DNA of 64,000 nt, from the NCBI RefSeq assembly GCF_009914755.1, contig NC_060930.1; one strand, 5' to 3'. Shown in pieces: positions 1-13,800 of this stretch (its first letter is position 1; every line of letters begins with the position of its first letter). The notes beneath the pieces are model-generated. The model saw only the letters and a program-made list of their open reading frames with translations. It had not been told where the DNA came from and did no database searches. The position numbers and the translations under genes were made by a program. Source of the stretch: the human T2T-CHM13v2.0 reference genome, Homo sapiens.

Positions 1-184
1 AGAGGGCAGATGCCTGTGGATGAGATTCTTTATGGATACAATCATTTCATAGTTTCAGATAGTTAAAGTGAGAACACTACTCATATCAGAAACACTTAGA
101 AAGATTCTAGAAATAATTTTCTTTCTACCATTTTTTTCCCTTGCCAGTATTCACCTGAGCAGTGAAGATAATCTCTGGTTCTAG

Positions 185-1735
<1,551 letters not shown>

Positions 1736-2449
1736 TTTTAAATGTAATCTACTGTTCCTGTGGATGGAGGTGACTTTTTCCATGAAGCCAACAATCTCAA
1801 GAAAAAAATTGTTAAATAATATGTAAAATGAAAGTTAACATCAGCTTTCTACTTCCTTAAGATGTCAAAAATAAGCCAGAATTTTTTAAACAAAGTTTAA
1901 TAATTCATCTAAGTAAGTTGTCACTTGACAAATGGCAACATACCGTGAGGGAGTATTATAACTCTGGGACTTGGGCAGGCATGCAAGGTGCGATGAAGAA
2001 GAGATACCAACTTCACAGAGCTGCTGTTGGCTACTAAATACATCAAGACGTATGAAGCGATAAACCTGGTGCCTGGGCCATAGGAATGATCGACCTTGGT
2101 ATTAAAATTTGGCATAGGCTAAGTGGAGATGGGTGGTAATGAGGTCATCCTTCATAAGTGTCCAGCGGGGAAGACAAGATTCAGGACAGCCATGGACATT
2201 TGGATGTTTATGACACCAGGGAACAAGCCATGATGAGAGCTTTTATACATTTTATCACATGTAAAGCGTTTCGTGAATAATTAGGAATAAATATGAATCT
2301 TGTTATGTCTGTTTCTATTTTATCAACTTGGATCATTATTAAAGATGTTCTTTTTGCCTGTTTGCCAAATTATTTTGTTTTGAAAACAATTTTATAGCAT
2401 TGCAATTGTGACAATTTTTTTCAAAATAAGTAACTCATAAAATGAATTT

Positions 2450-2782
<333 letters not shown>

Positions 2783-3199
2783 TAATTACATTAAATAGTG
2801 ATTGAGAAGAGTTAAAATTTAGTGAATGAATTGAGCTTATGTTTTTTAAAATCTTACTTTAATTTGATATTTTATGTTATACTTACACTAATATTAGCTA
2901 ATAGTTTACTTAGCTCTGTAATAGCTTTTAGTAGGAAAAGTATTTTGAATGCAAAGGTATGCTGATGTATGTCCCACAGTAAGACACAATTAGACACTGA
3001 TCGCTCATTATCACCAGTGACCTCTATGATGCCTGATCCAATCCCCAAATCTCAGTGCTCACATTACTTGACTTGGGTATGGGATGTCCATAAGATTCTT
3101 TGTCAAATCTGCCTCCTTTTGAGAGCAAAAGGGAGCCTGATAAGTAATAACACCAGGACGAAAGCAGATGTGAGCTGGGACCTTCCTGGGCAAGCCAGT

Positions 3200-5075
3200 A
3201 TAAACGACTAACCCTATCCCACAGCAGCATTTGCTGAAGTTGCTCACTCTCTCCTCCTTGATGCACTTTCTTTACTTGGTTCCAAAATGCCACAGTCTCA
3301 TGATTGTCCTCCCACTCGCAAGCCTCTCATTCTTGGCCTCCTTTGATGATTTCTCCTCTTCTCCCCAACCTTTTAATGTTGAAGTATCCAAGATATGGTC
3401 CTTGGTCCCCTTTTCATTTCTCATTACACTCAGGGCTTTAAATATAATCTGTATGTCAATGAGATGGTTTTAAAAAATATGTCCACCAACCCTTGTTGAC
3501 TGGTTCTAGTGAGTAGATGATGGCAGAAATGATGGGATGTCATTTCCAAGATGAGGTTATAAAACTACTGTGGTTTTTATGTTGGGTACTCTCTCATTCT
3601 CTTTCGGCTCACTCATTCTGGGGTAAGCCAGGGGCCATGTGAGGTTCACAGGATGAGGATCTGAGGTTTATTAACAGCCACACAAGTGGGCGTGGAAGTG
3701 GATCTTCCAAGACCTGCACCACCTGTGTGAGTGAACTTGGAAGCTGATCCTTCCTCAAACTCGCCTTCAAATGAGGTAATGAGGTCATCCTCATTACCTA
3801 CTAGACTACCTGTTAGACAGGACTGCAGCCCTGTCTAACACCTTGACTGCAGTTCTAAACCAGAACCACTCAGCTACATGGCTCTCAGAAACCCAACCCA
3901 CAGAAACTGTGGGTTAATAAATGATCCTTGTTGTAAGCTGCCAAATCTTGGAGCAAACTTGTCCAGCAATAGAAAACTAATATGGGCGACTCCAATATCC
4001 AACTGCCTCCCACCATTTTCCTTCAGACGTCTAACAGCATCTCGAGCCCACACGTCCAACACTGAACTGCTGATCTCACAGGTCCAGAACCTGCTTCACT
4101 CCACCCTTTCTCATCTCAGTGGACGGCAACTTCATCCTTTATTATATTATAACTCTGTGACTTGGGCAAGCATGCAAGGTGCGATGAAGAAGTGATACCA
4201 ACTTCACAGAGCTGCTGTTGGCTACTAAATACATCAAGATGTGAATTCCAGGCCAGGGAATTTCAGTCCTCTTTGATTTTTCCCAAAAGGGGAGAAAGCC
4301 CCACCTCCAATTTGGCAGGTTGGTCTCACCTTCAAAATGAACTAAGAATCCAGTCCCGTCTTACCGCCTCAGCTGCAGTTTCTCCAGTCTGAGCCACCAT
4401 CATCCCATGCCTGGATTTTCTGCAGTCATCTTCTAACACTTCCCCTTCTTCCTACCCTTGGCATCTCCCTGAGCCCTACACTATTTTCAGCAAAGCAGCC
4501 AGACCGAATCTTTTAACACAGAAGTGAGATCATATTATTACTCTGCTGTCATTTTTTTCAATGGCTTTCCATCTCACTCAGCAAGGAAAACAAGCCAAAG
4601 CCCTGCCAAGGCCCATGAAACTCTGTTTGATCTGCCGCCCGCCACCTGCTGACCTCCTCCTCTGTCCTCCTGCTCTTGCTCCCTCCCCTCCATCCCTGCA
4701 GGCCCGCCTGCAATTCCCCGATGTGCTTGGCACGCTCCACTCTCTGGCCTTCTGCTCTTGCTGTTTCCTCTGCCATGAATGCTCTTCCTCTGGATATCTG
4801 CTTGGCCAACTCCATATTTTTGCTCAAAACTCCCTTTTGCAATGAGGCCCACATAGGCCACTCCAATATTGCAACTAACCACTCTCTTGCTGTGAATTGC
4901 CAATTCCCCTTGCCCAACTCTCCTTTCCCCCCATGGCACGTACCACCTTCTAACAGACTAGATCATTTACTATGTTTCTCATCTATTTTCTACCTCCCCT
5001 GGCTGGCACATAAGTTCCACAAGAGCAGGACTCCTTTTCTATTTTATCCCAAGTACCTAGAGTAGTGCCTGACAG
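3200..5075 (+). mobile_element. Degraded L2 fragments, interrupted by MLT1 and a templated insertion
   Basis: L2-like pyrimidine-rich tracts and a 3'-end motif (gttccacaagagcaggact…cctagagtagtgcctgaca). Confidence 0.6.
3465..3983 (+). mobile_element. MLT1-family MaLR solo LTR
   Basis: gatgtcatttccaagatgaggttataaa…acccacagaaactgtg…aataaat…gcaatagaaaactaata. Confidence 0.75.
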
Positions 5076-5076
5076 T

Positions 5077-5766
5077 ATACCACAACCTATGGAATACAGC
5101 AAAAGCAGTACTAACAGGGAAGATTATAGCTACTAAGTGCCTACATCAAAAAGGAGGAAAAACCTCAGATAAGTAATATAACGATACATCTTAAAGAACT
5201 AGAAAAGCAAGAGCAAATGAACCCAAAATTAGTAGAAGAAGAGAAATAATAAAGCTGACAGCAGAAATAAATGAAATTGAAATGAAAAAAATACAAAAGA
5301 TCAATGAAGTCAAAAGATGGTTTTTTTGAAAAGTTAAACAAAACTGACAAACTTTAGCCAGACTAAGAAAAAAAGAGAAGATCCAAATAAATAAAATCAG
5401 AAATGAAAAAGGAGACTTTACAACTGATACTGCAGAAATTGAAAGGATCATTAGTGGCCACTATGAGCAACTATACGTTGATAAATTGGAAAATCTAGAA
5501 GAAATGGACAAATTCCTAGATACACACAACCTACCAAGATTGAACCAGGAAGAAATCCAAAACCTGAATAGACCAATAACAAGTAATGAGATGGAGGCCA
5601 TAATCAAAAGTCGGCCAGTAAAGAAAAGGCCAGGACCTGATGGCTTCACTGCTGAATTCTATCAAACATTTAAAGAAGAACTAATACCATTCCCACTCAA
5701 ACTATTCTGAAAAACAGAGGAGGAGGGACTACTTCCAGACTTATTCTGTGAGGCCAGTGTTACCCT
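5077..5766 (+). mobile_element. L1 ORF2 internal fragment
   Basis: ORF 5486-5710 reads [34 protein letters not shown]…[18 protein letters not shown], which is L1 ORF2p sequence; stops present. Confidence 0.95.
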
Positions 5767-6854
5767 AAATTCTTCAAAAATCAGGTTGTTGGATAGTTCA
5801 GCCTTTGTGAAATGAGAAAGGCAGGTTATGTCCACAAGTGAATGAGAGCATGGCATGAAATTCACACTGAATTTACACTTTCAGCCTAAAACAAATAAAG
5901 CGATTTATTTAAATTCACAGAAGATGTGGGAGATGTACTTTTGCAACTTTTATTTTAAAAAATAATGTTGAAGTTGTGTCTATTTTATTCCAAAACATGA
6001 TTTTTGGCAAAGAAATAAGATCTTTTGTGGAGCAAAGTGAATGTTATTAAATATAGGTAAATGCTGGTAAATATATCCAGTAAAGGTCTTAAGCTTGGAT
6101 GTTCCTTAAATATGTCTGATGATTTAAAATATATTAAATCCATCACAGGGGGCAGCCAGGGCCAGCTCCATGAACAGGTGACCTGTGCAGCCCCTGGGTC
6201 CCCAGGCTTGGAGACCCCTGTGGTTGGTTTATCGTTCTGCTCCTGCTGTCTTAAAATTCCTATTACTCTTTGAAAAAAGGGCACTGTCTTACAGATTGTG
6301 TAGCCGGTCCTGGGGGTGGTTATTATCAATTGTGAATGGCTATTGCCTCAATGGAAAAGAATATTTCAAAACCACTTGGGCAAGTTATGAAATATGCCTT
6401 TGTATGTCATACTGTTTATAGTAAAACACAACTGAAAACACTTCCCTTCGCCTGTGGAGTCACTGGCTGTGCTGTTCTTGTCAATGGATTGCCAAGGCTC
6501 TCCTGGACGTTTATTCGCTGAACCTAATTGCACAGATCTGAAAACAACCATGTGGTCATAATTCACAAGGCTTTAAAAATCAGGTATCTAGTCCTATAAA
6601 AAACAGTAAAACTTCTTTAAGATAGTTTTACTTACTCATTACACATATTGGAATATGGTACCAAGTATATCTTGAAAACTTACAGCTGAAGATTACACTA
6701 AAAATAGAAAAATTAAATAAATTTCCCAAACACATGAGTCTCACTCTTTGAATTCAACAAAACCAAAACACCACACAAAGTAAAGAGTCAATCATGATTC
6801 CTTCCCTTTGTCCATGAAGGCCGGCAGATTTTTTAAAAATTAATTAATTAATTA

Positions 6855-7143
6855 ATTTTTTTTTTGAGATGGAGTCTCGCTCTGTCACCCATGTTGGAGT
6901 GCTATGGCTGGATCTCAGCTCGCTGAACCTCCACCTCCTGGGTTCAAGCCATTCTCCTGCCTCAGCCTCCCGAGTAGCTGGGATTACAGGCGCCCGCCAC
7001 ACACGCCTGGCTAATTTTTGTATTTTTAGTAGAGATGGGGTTTCACCATGTTGGCCAGGTTGGTCTTGAACTCCTGACCTCAGGTGATCTGCCCGCCTCT
7101 ACCTCCCAAAGTGCTGGGATTACAGGCGTGAGCCACCGCGCCC
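6855..7143 (-). mobile_element. Alu (AluSx-like)
   Basis: Full Alu consensus with poly-T at its left end. Confidence 0.95.
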
Positions 7144-7454
7144 AATCGAGGCTGGTGGATTTTAAACTTTTCTGCTACATTATAAACTCTCTGAGAGCTT
7201 GGACTCTGACTCCAGAGTATGGCAAAACGGCTTGAGTGGAGCAGACCCTCTGTGTGCCGGGAGCCATTAGCTAATAAGTGATTGAGATTCATTTCAGGCT
7301 GGTGGAGGAGACTGAGATCTCTTCTCTGGTCTTCTCTTTTTGTGAGCGGGTGGGGCCTCAACCCTTCTTGGAAAGCACATCAGAAAGCGACTCTACTTCA
7401 TAGGAAACACTGCACACACGTGCCAGCCAGTTCTAAACTCTGATCTTGTAGTTA

Positions 7455-7620
7455 TTCTTTCAATCCCCACCCCAATCCATCCTGTGAGGAAGATGCTATT
7501 TTTATCTCTACAGACGAGAAGACAGAGACACATAGAGCTTAGTCACAGTTGGTAAATGGCGGAGAGGAGATTCAACCCCCGCCTGGGTTCCAGAGTCTGC
7601 GCTTTGATCCAGTTTCCCGG
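7455..7620. mobile_element. MIR
   Basis: cctgtgaggaagatgctatt…gtcacagttggtaaatggcggagaggagattcaacccc MIR core. Confidence 0.6.
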
Positions 7621-8400
7621 GGCCATGTCCCCCAGCATGGAGAAGGGCTGGCTCAGGAGGAGGGGGCACAGCCTCCCAGGTGGTCGGAGCAGCGCGGGCG
7701 GAGGCGCAGAGGCAAGAAGGAGCTGGTCTCTTTGAGGGCGAAGGCGGTTCATAGGGTGTGTGCACATCTAATCCGTCTCCTTCGAGAGTGCCGCCACCCT
7801 CATTCTTAGGGAAGGGGCGGGGAAGGGTTCCTGGGATCGTCATCCTACCTAAGCACCCCAGTGAGTGTTCAGTTCCCGGCCGCAGCTAGTGCCCTGTGCC
7901 CAGTGGGAAGCCACGTGGCCAGGCCTAGTGAGATCTCCGGGCGCGGTGGCCCGTGTGTGCCTCTAGCCAGGCCGCCGTGGCCAGGGCTTGGTGGTGTGTT
8001 TGACGCTAACCTTCCATGTCAACTCTGTGCGTTTCCCCAACACCCCGCACTGACCCTGTCCTCCTGGCTGCTGGTGACCCCTGACTCCCTGCCTCCTGAC
8101 TGCTGGTGAGCATGCTGAGTCTGTTTAGAGGGGCGACTCGGGGAGTTCCTGAATGCAAAGTGAGGGGTGGTTCAGGCCACACACCTGTGAGTGCCCTGGG
8201 TACCAGCCCGCGGCCCAGAGCCTGGCTCAGGAGCTCAGCTGGGGCGCTCGCGGAGACTGTGACAAGTGTGCGTTCTGAGCCGTGGCAGGATTTCCCCAGC
8301 TGCTGTTTGTGCCTCCCCGGGGCTTTCTCAGGTCTCTGAAAACAACATATCCCGGGCTGGGATACGGGGGGAGGATGCCAGATGGGTTTTGAATTCTTTG
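7620..8400. promoter_or_regulatory. GC/CpG-enriched segment with GC box and G-quadruplex motif (candidate promoter or enhancer)
   Basis: Visibly CpG-dense non-repeat DNA; GGGAAGGGGCGGGGAAGGGTTCCTGGG at 7809-7835; E-box CACGTG at about 7912. Confidence 0.45.
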
Positions 8401-9330
8401 AAATCTCCAAGCACCTAAAAAAATAATCACGGTGGGTAGGTGTGGGAAGCTCTTTAAAATGTGGCACATTTCCCCCAAAGCTTAAAATAGAGCTTTTCAA
8501 GGGAAATTAAATGGAAGTATAAAAATATGTAAATGCTCTTCCTTCCTACAAAACAGAAATAATGTTACAGGCATCACCCCGGGGCCCCAGGCCCCTCCGT
8601 AGTCAGCACCAGCAGTGCCAAATATGGCCCATGGCTCTGGGTTTCCTCCCTATATTGACTCTGACCAGGGACATCAACACTTCCCCCAGGGGACCCCACT
8701 ATTTCTCTGATATGTTCTATTTGCCTAATGTCTGTGTTTATCCCTCGTTTTTTTGTTTTTGTTTTTAAACTAGTGTGGGATTTTTAGAAGGTTGTCACAT
8801 GTTCCTTGGGCCTGTAGGTTTCTTTGTGAAAAATATACCACGTCCTGGGAGTTGTGGCTCCAGTCCAGAGGCTGCTCTAATGCACACATTGAGGAGGTGT
8901 TCATTGCAGAGCTTCCCAAAGAGAAAAATGGTGCAGGTCATGTTAACTCAGTTATCGACTTTCTCAATTTCTGATTTCAACTTTATTGCTATAAACACAT
9001 TATTCACTTTTAGTCAAACCAAAAAGTCAAGTTTGCATAGGGCTTTTTTTTTTTTAAATGATGGATTTTCTTTACTTTTCTTGTCCTAGTTTTCTACCCA
9101 CTACCTGTGTGATGTTGTCCCAGGGATTCAGCCTCTGGGTGCTTTGCTTGTCAAAGAACAGGGAAGAAGGACGGAGCCACCTAAGCCTGTGCAGGCTGGA
9201 AGCGCTGGTAACGTGGGCCAGGCTGGGTCCCAAGCTCTGGGGCCCCTTGCAGTGCCCTTGGGTGTTGCTAGGGTCTTGGAAAGAGATTGAGTTTTAGGAG
9301 AGAGCAAAGCGATGACTGCCACCAACTCAC

Positions 9331-9501
9331 CTCTGCTTGGCAATGACCAGCCAGTCCCTGAAGAGGAAGAGGTGCCTCCTGGTGGTCTCAGGGCCCTGGG
9401 TCAGCACCATGGGGCTGTGAAGGACAGGCTCAGCGTGCTTGAGGGGCAGGCCCAGCTGCAGGGACAGCTGCTCGAGGGTCACTGCGGATGCCAGGCTCTT
9501 C
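9331..9501 (-). CDS. Isolated internal exon encoding the N-terminal half of an ARHGAP20/TAGAP-like PH domain (candidate upstream or relic exon of a long TAGAP-family RhoGAP isoform; coding versus pseudo-exon status unknown)
   Basis: Minus strand: acceptor cccactctcccccgccctcAG|GAAGAGC and donor CAGAG|GTGAGT. 171 nt, open frame, phase 2-2. Translation (R)KSLASAVTLEQLSLQLGLPLKHAEPVLHSPMVLTQGPETTRRHLFLFRDWLVIAKQ(R) resembles the ARHGAP20 PH segment …ELKRGLQRQERHLFLFNDLFVVAKIK (recalled from memory). Confidence 0.7.
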
Positions 9502-10456
9502 CTGAGGGCGGGGGAGAGTGGGATCAGTCCTGAGGGAAGAGGGTTCCCCAGGGAGCTGGCGTGCAATGCCTGTGATGTCTCCAAACACCAAGTCACCACT
9601 AGTGTGGCTTAGTCAGAGTGGAAATCAGCAGGAAAAAAGTGCAGACTTTTTTTCTTAAAATTTGAACTTAAACAAAATGAATTTACAATAAAGCACAGCA
9701 AATTGAGTCAAATTGTTGGACCTGATTCAGGTTATAGCTAATCACTGCTAGTAATGTCAATGCTAAGGATTTCTGTGAGAATTTTAACCGAAGGCAATAC
9801 TTTCCAAATATTTTCATGCCATAGCACACACAGCAAAGATAGCATTTATATCACACTCTGAGGGAAACTGAGGCAGCCAAAGGCCTACCGGCCCACCCAG
9901 GCTGGCCCACACACAGAACGGAGAGGGTCAATGCCGCGGCTTTGGTGTAACTCATTTGTGGCACATGGCTTAGGAAGCTCTGACGTATTCCTTTGATTAG
10001 CAGAAGTTTTCCCTAAAGGTTAAAAAGGTCAGGGTTTCCCTGCTGCTAAGTCTAAACAAATGTCTCTCAATTCATGGTTTTCTTCCATAGAGTAAGTTAG
10101 CCGCAGAGCAGATTAAACATCACCTGTGAGACTCAAGCGGTCATCATTCATTCATCTGGACTCCAGCATCTTTTCCCTGTGCTTCCTACAATTCTAGAGT
10201 CACCTAGCTCCTGTTGCCCTTGAAACATGTTCTCCTCCTGGTCCTCTACCCTGTGTCTGGGGCCGATGGTGAATTTAGGCCATGAGGGGTCTGTCCCTTG
10301 GCCTGCTTTTCCAGTTGCTTTACCGCCACTCCTTTCCATTCTAAACACAGCAGTACTAGCTCTCGCAGGCACATCTCCATTACCCAGGGAATCAAATGTG
10401 ATATTTGAATAAAGATGAGTTGGGATACGTTTCTGTTATTTAAAAGGCAAACATTA

Positions 10457-10905
<449 letters not shown>

Positions 10906-11594
10906 CAATACTCAGTGTTTTCCAAAAATCAATTAAGTGGCATGAGTCTTGGATTTCGTGCCCTGATGATGGGTTCCCGCTCTGGAGTGGGACTCTGCTC
11001 TCTGGCCTTTCCACCCCGCAGACACCTCCCACAGCCTTGTGAATAAGTCAGAGCTTTCTCTCCATCAAGCGGGGGTGGGCGTCTATAAATGATACAGCCC
11101 AAAGGAAAGCCTGGGCGGCTCTGAAGTGGTGGTGTTTCAAGTCTTGCTGGTGGTTAGTTTGCTATTTAGGGAGAGAATACAATAGAGAAATTGGGTCTCA
11201 AACCGTAATGCATGGGAACTAGAACTCTCTGCTCTGTTTTTAAATGGCTTCTGCTTCTCTTTGAATTTATTTGGAAACATGTCTGGCTATTTCCATATAT
11301 TTGAGGGATATATAACTCCCAGGTATGGAGCAAACGTTGTCTCTCCGGCTATACCCATCAGAGCCTGCTTCACTGCCTAGCCCAGAGACCACCCTCAAAC
11401 GCCTGAGGGGAAAGTCAATGGTTGAAGTGAGTGCTTGGGAGTGGTGGGACCGTAGAAAATGGTAGAAGTTGTGCTGGGTCCAAAGGGACAGCCCATGAGG
11501 GCCACATAGGAATGCGGGCCCAGTGTTACTGCCAATGATTTAAAACGCCAGTAAGCCGACATTCTATTAAATGTCCATTCATTCTAAACATTTC

Positions 11595-11899
11595 TTTCTT
11601 TTTTTTTTTTTTTGAGATGGAGTCTCGCTCTCTCACCCAGGCTGGAGTGCAGTGGCACAATCTTGGCTTACGGCAACCTCCGCCTCCCGGGTTCAGGCAA
11701 TTCTCCTGCCTCAGCCTCATGAGTAGCTGGGACTACAGGCACGTGCCACCACTCCCGGCTAACTTTTTGTATTTTTTTTTTTAGTAGAGACGGGTTTCAC
11801 CGTGTTAGCCAGGATGGTCTCGATCTCCTGATCTCGTGATCTGCCCACCTCAGCCTCCCAAAGTGCTGGGATTACAGGCGTGAGCCACTGCCCCCGGCC
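11595..11899 (-). mobile_element. Alu (AluSc/Y-like)
   Basis: Full Alu; TSD ctaaacatttcttt at 11584-11597 and 11900-11913. Confidence 0.95.
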
Positions 11900-13225
11900 C
11901 TAAACATTTCTTTAAACACAATGTGGGTCAAAGCTCAGACCTTTCGCCCCAGCCATCCCAACCATCTGCAGATTTAGAGCACATGAAAACATGCGGCCTA
12001 TACAGAGGCTCTGGCGATGTGGGTGAAATATTTGAATATTTAAAATAAGATGTTATGAACCAAATTGAGAGGAACAGATCTGTATTTGTCAGATAATTAT
12101 TCATTTGAGCTTGAAAAAGCATGCACGTGTAGATAATCCACATCCAGTCAAGTGAAGTAGGTCAAGTTTCTTTCCTGAGTATTCTGCTTGCCAGGCACCT
12201 GTCCGCATGTCAGTCTTGGTCTGCCCACGATTTTTGTTTTCTTTCCCCTCTCCTTTGATCGCTGTTCCTCCTCATGCTCCCTGGCCAGTCCCCCGCCCTC
12301 CAGCCCTATTTTGCACTTCCTTGTGATCCCAGGAGAACTGTACACTTGCCGGGGTTAATTTTTCTGACACACACAGAGACCTAATTTGGTGATGTCATTA
12401 AAAAAAAGCACTCGTGTTAACCATATTTCACAACAAAGGCGCCTCAGCACTCTCACCGGAGGGGAAATTTTTTTAATGCACTGAAATAGGAAACAAGTGA
12501 CGTGGCGAATACCTGGTGAATGGAAACAACTGTGCCCTTTGCCTTTCCATGCACTGATGAATTTCCAGCGGAGTGGGGCCTGCTGGTGGCTTCGCACAGC
12601 GAAAGTGCCGCCGGGCCCTGCTCCATGGAGACCTGATCTTCTCTCCCCAGAACTTCACATGGGAAATGATCTAGTCAACTGGGGCCCTGCTGAGTTCAGC
12701 ATCAGCTCCCAGCCTGAATAGACTTCAGGAGCCTGCTGGAAGTGGGAGAAGGAAGGGTGGTCACAGGTGCACCCTGGGAGTGGGTGGCGAGGCCTCTTAG
12801 GTCAGTTTGCCCAAGTGTGTGCTCCTCCGATCTGAACTCCCAGTATTTGACTGTGGATTTGGCATAAAGGTATGGAGAGTGGCTCAGTATTTGGGGGCTC
12901 TTTGAATTACTGGTGACTTTGCAAAAGAAAAAAGTGCAGTTAAAGGGATTTCAGCCATAAGAAGCCTGACCTGGAAACCATCATTTCCTGGCATCTGGGG
13001 TTTCGAGGCAACACAGCTGTGGGTCCACCATTCCACACAGCCTGGATTAACCTGCATTGGAGGCCCCCTGCATAAAGTCATGGCGCATACAGCTCTCCAA
13101 AGTCACGTTGTGTGGATGCAGTTGCCCTGAGGTATAGGTACAAGCCTGTCATCCATTGCTAAGCACCCACAGCATCTCATCTCATTTCTGGCAAGATAAT
13201 CAGGTTTTGATTGGCAAGATAATCA

Positions 13226-13537
<312 letters not shown>

Positions 13538-13589
13538 AACTTGGTCCTCAACCTATGGCATGAATTACCATTTTCTTCAACAGGGCTAA

Positions 13590-13800
13590 CACTGACTGCC
13601 TGCCATGTGCCAGGCTAATCTCTTTACCCTCATTCTTTCTCAATCCTTACAACACTCCTATACAATTAGGGCCATTTTATAGATGAAGTAACTGAGGCTC
13701 CGTGATGTTAAGCAATCTGCAGACCTCTCAGCTGGCAAGTGGCAGGGCTGCGAGCTGGAGTCAGGCCTGTCTGGCTCCAGGGACTTTCCCTTCTCCACAT
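13590..13800. mobile_element. MIR
   Basis: ccattttatagatgaagtaactgaggctc core. Confidence 0.7.

Noticed and set aside
5486-5710. ORF resembling a reverse-transcriptase-associated protein
   Set aside because: Decayed L1 ORF2 fragment, not a host gene.
5985-6329. Minus-strand segment with a WP motif as a possible second PH exon
   Set aside because: No consistent frame or splice sites matching the expected LWV…WP…ATF pattern.
8006-8500. Minus-strand 164-aa ORF as a possible next exon of the PH/RhoGAP gene
   Set aside because: The acceptor at about 8335 read in the required phase reaches a stop, and resemblance to ARHGAP20 is not convincing.
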